20,000 nt of DNA from Catajapyx aquilonaris (taxonomy: Eukaryota): positions 107,129 to 127,128 of the forward strand of contig KZ538311.1 of the NCBI GenBank assembly GCA_000934665.2, read 5' to 3'. Shown here one piece after another: positions 12,695 through 20,000 of the stretch. The notes under the pieces are model-generated. The model did not search any database and was not told the DNA's origin. It worked only from the letters and a program-made list of their open reading frames with translations. The stretch's first letter is position 1, and the number at the start of each line of letters is the position of its first letter. Made by a program: the position numbers and the translations under genes.

Positions 12695-15111
12695 AGTGCA
12701 ATATTAGACGGAAAATGTGTCATTTTTCCAATATTACTTTTGAAAACATGAACTTGAAGCTCATAAATATTTTCAGCACCTATAGGCTTTTCCTTCTGCC
12801 CGGGAAACGACAACTTATCCCGTCCTTAGAGTAATGCTTCTGTGACCCGATAGGTCCTCGTCCATAAATGAATAATACGTGTACTCTAATGGTGGGACAA
12901 CCATTGTAAAGTTACGCCGCGTCAGCCGAAAAAAAAAGACGGTAATGCAGTGTCACGCCCTGCGAATATCCTTATAACAAGGGGAGGGCCTTATAACTGT
13001 AGGAAATGGAAGTAGTAGAGGAGGCCCTGCGAGACAAAAGTTGTCAAGAAAACTCGGCTGAATTGTACACGAACAAAGGGACTTTTGCGCAAAAATTGTC
13101 CCGAATGCTGCGCGTCCATATTTCGTCCCCTTTCGTACTTTTTTTCTGACTCTTTTTTTTCTTGCAGCTTGGATCTCACTTGAAAACTGGAAGCTTGCAG
13201 GCGCGTTGCCAGAAAGATTTTCCCTGCACGCAGACTCAGTCTTAGAGGAGCCCAGGAGACGCCCGTGGGTGGCAGCTCAGGATGGAAGGCAGCACAAGAG
13301 GCCCTTTAAAAAAGCATCCTCACTTTACGTTGCTTCTTGCCCTTTTTTCTCTCTCTTGCCTTGGAGAGAGGAAATGGATGTGGTTGAGACAGGCCAAGAG
13401 CCTAGAGATATCTTCTCCTTTCCTTCAGCACCTGGGACTCAATGAAAAGATATGTGCTGGCCTAGGTGACATGATGATTGACGTGGCTGCAGATATTGCG
13501 GTTCCAAATTGCAGTTTGTGGAATGTTCCAAGGTCGGGATTTGCTCAATCTGACGTTTGCTGGTGGCAAATTGCGACAGTAGTGTTACATCAATGTTTCA
13601 AGTGGCAAGGAGTAAATTTTTATGAAGCTTCTTCTTCACAACTTCTTTATCCGTACCAAGAGCTAATAACTCTTGTCCGTACTAATGTACCCGTTGCCAA
13701 AATGGGGGAAAACCTGCAATCAGTATGACTGACAATTAAACAATTATTTAATGAGATGGCCCGCCGATTTGCCACGTAGTATTTTTTTCACGTATAGATG
13801 GAGCACTCTCTCTCTCTGCAGTCTGCACACTCCCGCCACCGTGCGAGAGATAGCGGTACTATAAGACATGCGACGGAGAGAATAAGCCTGTTAGGAGAAA
13901 GATACCTCCTCATCAGTGTGTAACAAGTATTTTTCATTTAATTTTGTCTCACCCTGTCGTGTGCATTGTCAGCCCATGTTAAACAACGATTGCAGGACAA
14001 TGAATCGGATGCTACCACACTGTGCAGAAGTGGCGACTTTTGAGCTTCTGTTTGCTCGCGAGTTGGACATAAAACTGGCTGCACAATCGAGTGTCTGGGG
14101 GGAAAAACTCGCTGACCTGTAACGTAGAGCTGAAGCACGGCAGCACATAAAGGCAAGCACTTTGAGCCAGGAGCAAAAACCTGTCCGCCAGTTATCGGGG
14201 TCCTTGCAGCACAGTGCACCTTTACTTGGTGCATTGCGCATCCCACTTGCGTCAACAAACATTACGAATCATTGTAACCCGTCAGTTCTGGAGATGGAAA
14301 CTCTGTGAGTGATGGGTAACAAAACTTTGGGGAGAAAAATTGAAGTCGTCAGCTCGCTGTTTCCAGCAAAAAGAGGCTGGAAATGATGGGCTTAATCCAC
14401 TTTACTAAACGGGAATGGGAAGCGATGAAATGTGATTAGCCGGCTAACCTGACACCTGCCTTGTCCGTTGATTGCGTAATTTTTGCCACTGCTGGTGTGT
14501 GTTCTCAGGTGGTTTCTTTCCCTCCTTCCCCCTCCCACCCACCCACTCAGCCCTCCCCTCCCACTCTCTCACTGAAAAGCATCGATCGTCCTGAGGCCGC
14601 ATCATCCACGTAAGCCATCAACTTGCCCCAGATTCCCAACTGCTTGTCTTTGGGACTGTTTAATTGGGCGCAGGCCGGGCACAGAATAGCCCCGCTTCGT
14701 TTGTCAATTTGCCCGCGCGCCATAGCGCATGTTAAACCCTTATAAAATAATTGTCTCAGCGGGAGATCACAACCGCTGCCGCATTTAACCAGGCGCCATT
14801 TTGGGGGGTGCGACGAGCCTTGTCCTCAACCACGAATTTCGGTGTTGTAGCAACCAAGAACACTCTGTACATATTCAAGCAGTCCTGTAAAGCACTCTCT
14901 CGGTGCCTCAGTTACTTAACACTGTTCACAATGTATCTTCCCAGATGGCCATTCTTGTGTACGTGTTAAAAATAAGGTGTTTTGATCAAAATAAAATTTT
15001 GAAGATGGCTACAAAAATTATTTTCGAATGCAGAATGATCTAAGCATATGATTGGAAAGAGAGCTGTTACGTGTACGTATGTTTAATTTGTCATGCGTAA
15101 TTATTGTAAAG

Positions 15112-15381
15112 AGTGGAAGAGCTTGAAAACATGTCCTGAAAAGCAGAGTTGAGGAGTGCCCGAAAGTATAGCATGTAAGAGACTTAAGAAAATGAGCCTA
15201 GTATGAAACTAAGGAGAAGCTAAAGAAAGAGTGGAACTATAAAAAGTGGCTAAAGAGTCTCCATGTAAGAAAGTACCTACTCTTGCAACTACTTTTCACG
15301 TTGTTTCTAACTATATTTTCAACTTTTCCAGCTTTCATCTAAGGCTATTTTCATAGCAAGTTTGTTCAAGCCCTTGTCACT
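15112..15381. repeat. Decayed long inverted repeat (foldback)
   Basis: Arm 15188-15258 (GAAAATGAGCCTAGTATGAAACTAAGGAGAA...AAGAGT) aligns by eye with the reverse complement of 15279-15352 (GAAAATAGCCTTAGATGAAAGCTGGAAAA...AAGAGT). Outer pair GAGCTTGAA (15119-15127) / TTCAAGCCC (15365-15373). Purine-to-pyrimidine skew flips at about 15275. Confidence 0.7.
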
Positions 15382-16517
15382 GGGTTTTAATTTTTGTTAT
15401 TGCTTCCAATTAAGATTATTAGCTGACTTCACTTTAAAACATTTCCCCCAGCATCTCGCAATAATTGGCCAATCAACCACGTTTTAAAACACACTGTGAG
15501 TGAACATCCCCAGCCAGGACACACCGTCTCATTTAACTAAGTTAGTCGCAGTGCCACATCCGGCACTTAGCCCCCCCGACGAGTCGTTCCCAACCACCAC
15601 GTCCACTTGCCATCATTTTGGGTGCAAACCGCCCTCTGCAAGTGCATTTTGCATATTTCTGGCCATCCTCTCCCAGTGTGCTCCTCCACATCTGATAGTC
15701 ACGCGTCCCATTTCTGGCGTGTCGGCTATCGGGCCATTCCAGCAGCCTCCACCATTTTTCCCTTGGGGACCTTACCCAGCCTCAAGTATATACACTCTCT
15801 GTATAGTACAGCAGTAAGGTGTGGGTGGAACGAGATGGATTCCGGGGATAGGGGAGCCGGGGAAAAGCCTAGCCCATTACTAGCTTGCGGTTGTGCTGCT
15901 TTCCCCTGGAGAGCATAGCTCGACACAAACCTCGGAGACAAAAGCAAGAGGAGCCGCCAGAAATGCAGCTCACACTCGGAGAAAGAGACCTCCCACCGTT
16001 ATGTGAGCGGTACATTTCCTTAATTACTGCCTGGCTGCACTATACACTCGCCTGCAGGTTACGCTGCTTATTGCATTCCAAAAATTGAAAATGTAGGAGG
16101 GGGAAAAGGGGGCGGGTCTGGTGCATTGTGTTTGAGTTTATGCAATCTTAAAATATGGGGCTCTAGGGAAATGGGAGTATTTCATATGTTAGAGGCTTGT
16201 TTTTGAGTGCAAAGGTAATTGGCCCATTCTTTGTTGGAATATTCCATGCAAAGATGGAGCTAGATTTGTGTTTACGAGGTGTGATAATGCACGGAGTCGT
16301 CTGAGTGATGTAACAATGTAATTTCGACTTTTCTAACAATGGTTCGCTGCAGAGAAATTGGCTTTTATTATTTTACATCAATTTTAGCAAAATATTGATG
16401 TAAATAAATAAATGTAACATGGACAATCTCTCTGAAAAGACAGAAAAACTTTTTCCGTTTCGTAAGGAGGGCAGGCATTTTAGGGCAATATTTTCCTAAA
16501 ATTCGAGGGGTCTCTGC

Positions 16518-16569
16518 AATGAAGGGTTCTATGCACTTACCTGGTTCATACTGAGGAGAACCCTTCATT
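16518..16569. repeat. Perfect 13-bp inverted repeat with 26-nt loop
   Basis: AATGAAGGGTTCT (16518-16530) / AGAACCCTTCATT (16557-16569). Imperfect outer extension GGGG/CCCC and AAAATT/AATTTT to about 16498-16587. Confidence 0.9.
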
Positions 16570-17868
16570 TATAAATCCCCAAATTTTTTCGCTCCGAATT
16601 GGGGAGAACTGATTGGGCCATTTGAGGCCTGACTTGGAATATTTACTGGGTCGATTTTTTTTTTGTGAGTCGCGGTCGCCCTTCGACCTGGCTCTCATTG
16701 GCGGGGTCAACCATGTTTGCAGTTGCCGAAATTAATGGCTTCCTCCCGCACACATTTCAGGAGCTGAGCAGAATCGATGCTGAGACGCCTTCTCTCTTCC
16801 CTGACGGCTTGGTGAGTAATATTTATTTGACGTCGACGTAGCAATCGCGTCCGAAACGGGGCACAAAAGTCGACATTTATTTATGGACAGGTCAACACTA
16901 AAGTCACCATAAAGGGACAGGATTGATTGATAGCTGTACACTTTCGGCGGACTTTCGGGTCCAAACGTCTCGTACAAACTAATTTATATGTGTTGAAACT
17001 CCATCAGGCAATGTTGATCGTATATTGGTCAAAATTTTATCAAAAAATAATATTATAATCGTGTCACATATTCAACTCTACTGCACAAGCCCGTCATCCC
17101 CCTATTGATTAAAGTGACGAGTTTCAACCCGATGCTAATCGGCTGCGGAGGTCCTCTGTGGCTTGAAACGTCAACAGAACAGCGGTTTACATGACAGCTA
17201 TGTCGAATTTGGAAAACAGGTCGACCCGAAAAGAATTAATGTATTAAATACTTCCCGCCCCACGCAGAAAAAAAAGCGCAACTGACACCAATGAAATAGA
17301 GGACCCATTAAAATAATCCTGAAAATTACACTTGTCCATCTGAATAGATCGGACACATGTCTCCCAATATACATTCGAGTCGAAATAAGCACGTTAAGTT
17401 AGATCTATGTAACTCCTCCCTCTCCCTGTTTTTCTTTGGTGTCGACCCGATGGAATTAGTCTCTGGGAGAGAAATGAGATTGACGAGAGGTCTGTGACGT
17501 CATCCTCCCCTCTCCTCCTTCCCCCATCGCGCAATCTCATTCCTCCACTGCGGCTTTCTGCCCTGATTGACACTCCGTAGCCTTCCGATTTTTCTCTCTT
17601 TTTTGGAGGACCTTGGCGAGCCAGCCAGGCAAATGGAGCTGCTCCTTAGACTTTTGGTCCAAAATTTCAGGCTCCCAAAATCAGAGCTCTACTCAGGGAG
17701 ATAACAAATGCAAAACGCCAACTTTTGGACGCCCCCGGTTTGGTCCAAGCTGTTGCCTCAGGGTCAAGTGTTTGCAGAGTTTCGTGTTACATCCAAAGCC
17801 AGCAGAGGAAGGAGGGAGAATGGGGACAAAGTTTGTCGGAATTATTTTCTGCAAAAAAAAAGCACAAA

Positions 17869-17885
17869 GAGGAGGAGGAGGAGGA
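17869..17885. repeat. (GAG)n short trinucleotide repeat
   Basis: GAGGAGGAGGAGGAGGA. Confidence 0.8.
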
Positions 17886-18428
17886 ACAATCGGATGTGCG
17901 GATGACTCGAATTACGACTTAGGCTCTACCCACTTTGTGGCCACTAACATCCGACGATGCCAAACATTTCGTGCGAAATGGCAGAGCACACAGAAACACT
18001 TGTGCACACTAATTTCATAAAGATGGTCACACGGCAGTATATAGTTCCTGAAAGTAATGTTAGCCTACATCATCCAGTATGATCCGGTTTTGTAATCAGA
18101 TTTGGCTGGGTAGGCCCTGTACGGGGACTTGCCTGCTGGAGAAACTTTTATATTATTATTATTATGCAAAAGTTTTCCCTCCCATCGTGTCCTCCGCCGA
18201 GGCTCTTTGATATGTGCGAGGAATTTTGATCGCGGACCGACAATAGCCGCGGATTAAAACGGCGATCGGGCTTGAGTTCAGGTTAAACACAGTTCTTCTC
18301 CTTCGCCTTGGCTAATCCCAACGTGTTTGGCACGGGCTTGGAAGATCTTCAGTTTGGATTCGGGAGATAAATTATTTATGAACCCGCCTGAAGGGTGGGA
18401 GGAGGAGCAAAGAGACGTATATTTTATG

Positions 18429-18454
18429 GAGAAAGAGAAAGAGAGAGAGAGAGA
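18429..18454. repeat. (GA)n microsatellite, interrupted
   Basis: GAGAAAGAGAAAGAGAGAGAGAGAGA. Confidence 0.85.
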
Positions 18455-18825
18455 AAAAAAGTTTCTGCCAGGGTTTCAGCCTGGAATAACTGTAGTTTAA
18501 AGGATAACGCGGGTTGATCTGTTATGTCTGATAGAAGCTGTCTTCGTACTTGGAAGCTAAGGGCCTAAGGGTCTGGAGATGAGTTACAAGCTACAGATTT
18601 TATGTGCAATTTTTGGTGCAGTGTCCGACTAGTTGATTTATACTATTGAAAGGCTGGCGGTGCAGTGCATAAATATCAAAACTAGAGCATACATTGCAAT
18701 TTTTAAATTAAATTTTGTGCCTGCATCAGTTCCTATTAAATTAAATGTTAAGTGTACTCCCAAGTGTGCTGCTTAGGAGTGCAACTATCTAGTTTGGGTT
18801 AATAGCAGTATGACTTTCAAGTGAA

Positions 18826-18896
18826 GCATCGGTGGTTCAGTGGTAGAATGCTCGCCTGCCACGCGGGCGACCCGGGTTCGATTCCCGGCCGATGCA
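18826..18896 (+). tRNA. tRNA-Gly-GCC: tRNA-Gly (anticodon GCC), canonical intronless eukaryotic cytosolic tRNA gene
   Basis: 71-nt cloverleaf: acceptor GCATCGG/CCGATGC + A73, D arm GTTC/GAAT, anticodon arm CTCGC-CT-GCC-AC-GCGGG (GCC at 18858-18860), T arm CCGGG-TTCGATT-CCCGG. A box TGGTTCAGTGG and B box GGTTCGATTCC are present and CCA is not encoded. From memory, nearly identical to insect tRNA-Gly-GCC. Confidence 0.98.
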
Positions 18897-18901
18897 ACTG
18901 C

Positions 18902-18910
18902 TTTCTTTTT
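18902..18910 (+). terminator. RNA polymerase III oligo(T) terminator of tRNA-Gly
   Basis: TTTCTTTTT begins 6 nt after the discriminator; T5 at 18906-18910. Confidence 0.75.
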
Positions 18911-19283
18911 CTCTCTCTCCATCACTTTGTTTTGCCTCTATTGAAGCGTGGAATTTACAGTTTCACAGCCGATGTATTGTCTATGGTCTGAAGGGAATTA
19001 TCTATAATGTATTCGTTGCTCTTTTTAAACAGATCCTCTTGAAGATGTAGTATATCTGAATTTTTATGTTAATTTCAAAGCGGAAATATGCAAATTGGCC
19101 ACCTTATGGGAATTTATCATGAAAGAAACTAATATTTATCAAGTACTTTCAATTTTCACAGTTTCAGGAAGCATTCTGTAGTGTTTACAGCTACACGAGA
19201 ACTCCCGTCGTAGGAGAGTATAAAGGCACTCTTGTAATCTTTGCATATGAAGGCGTTTATGCCAGAGGTAGCTTTCAAGTGAA

Positions 19284-19378
19284 GCGTCGGTGGTTCAGTG
19301 GTAGAATGCTCGTGGATCCTGTCCGGCCGGCAGGATCACCACCCTCGAGCGACCCGGGTTCGATTCCCGGCCGACGTA
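19284..19378 (+). ncRNA. tRNA-Gly-derived tRNA-like gene with the anticodon loop replaced by an extended hairpin (no canonical anticodon); functional ncRNA or structured pseudogene
   Basis: 58/62 nt identical to 18826-18896 outside positions 31-39. Acceptor GCGTCGG/CCGACGT + A; D and T arms and A/B boxes intact. Between CTCG (19309-19312) and CGAG (19346-19349) are 33 nt instead of 9, including GATCCTG/CAGGATC pairing. Confidence 0.85.
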
Positions 19379-19380
19379 AC

Positions 19381-19385
19381 TTTTT
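19381..19385 (+). terminator. RNA polymerase III oligo(T) terminator of the tRNA-like gene
   Basis: TTTTT after a 2-nt trailer (AC) following the discriminator A19378. Confidence 0.75.
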
Positions 19386-19801
19386 CATTCAAGTTTCAGT
19401 TACCAAGCTGGTTGAGTAGGTACTGTTTTTAACTTTTTTTTGCGATTTGTTGTTATATTATGATAGTGTGAACAACGGATATGACAATGGGACACAAGCT
19501 AAGTTACAGCTACAGCTGTGGAACAGTAGCCTAACGAGTACAGGAGAAATGATAATTTTACAACGTCTACAAAATAATAATTGAACAACCTAGCTGGAAA
19601 TAAATGTGGAAAGTATACACATGTTCACTTAAGTAATAGCCTACACTTATTGTTTGTATGGACCTATAGAGTATCAATCATTATGTAATTATTACGAAAA
19701 AATTACCGGTATTGTGCACCATAACAACGGGGTCTTAGCCTTGGCCTGGGATTTGGGTAATTTTTTAGCCTACACGAATAGCTCCACCACATAGCCCTAT
19801 A

Positions 19802-20000
19802 CAGGGTGTAAATGAATTCGATCGACAAACTTGTAGGGGTAATAGAGGGGACCAAGACAAGTATTTTTGACATAGGAACCCGTGTCCGGAAACGCCATCT
19901 AGAGGGGGTTCATAGACAAGGAACGGGTGCGCTCAGACGCGTCAGGCGAGAGGCGCTAAGAGAGCGGACTGTTTTGTTGATAGAGGACGCGCAGTTGTTG
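19802..20000. mobile_element. Left end of a Tc1/mariner-type non-autonomous element (MITE), running out of the window
   Basis: TA (19800-19801) followed by CAGGGTGT..., a terminus type common in arthropod TcMar MITEs, with a TA target site. The other end is not in the window. Confidence 0.6.

Noticed and set aside
13282..13728. Longest ORF (148 aa) and the other listed ORFs
   Set aside because: No recognisable domains, many run through homopolymers or microsatellites, and their lengths are consistent with chance.
18942..18976. TGAAGCGTGG...GCCGATGTA as a third collapsed tRNA copy
   Set aside because: The matches are too short and lack A/B boxes.
19313..19345. Canonical intron-containing tRNA or bulge-helix-bulge intron
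   Set aside because: Splicing at 37/38 gives G32/G33, anticodon AUC and a U-U 31-39 pair. The bulges are on the same strand, so it is not a BHB motif.
19314..19349. BamHI, EagI, NaeI and XhoI sites suggesting a synthetic polylinker
   Set aside because: No vector sequence nearby, natural diverged flanks and compensatory changes in the tRNA body; GC-rich hairpins readily contain such sites. Raw-read support should still be checked.
19325..19380. Superficial resemblance to the HDV ribozyme 5' end (GGCCGGCA.GG..)
   Set aside because: I could not build P1.1, P2, P3 and P4 in the required order; the downstream sequence is just the tRNA T arm and acceptor strand.
19284..19500. tRNA-derived SINE
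   Set aside because: The T5 terminator directly follows the tRNA fold, with no body, tail or TSD. A copy-number search is needed to exclude it fully.
2912..19809. ACACCCTGTA and TACAGGGTGT as ends of one element
   Set aside because: They are oriented as a right end followed by a left end, so they belong to separate insertions.

Overview
Eukaryotic, almost entirely non-coding DNA, probably from an invertebrate or arthropod. That origin is inferred from the tRNA-Gly sequence type and the CAGGGTG-ended Tc1/mariner-like MITE ends. It has many homopolymer and GA-rich tracts and one 16-N gap. None of the listed ORFs resembles a protein family I recognise. The only firm gene is a canonical tRNA-Gly(GCC) at 18826-18896. 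The most notable item lies 458 bp downstream at 19284-19378: a tRNA-Gly-derived paralogue. It keeps the A/B boxes, the acceptor, D and T arms (all four substitutions preserve pairing), the same 12-nt leader and a T5 terminator. Its anticodon loop is replaced by a 33-nt segment that forms a long hairpin. The rest is DNA-transposon/MITE debris, including a 22-bp TIR-TIR footprint between 8-bp direct repeats, plus a decayed ~270-bp foldback. There are also CTCF-like and promoter-like motifs, and a hairpin enclosing a candidate 10-nt microexon on the minus strand.
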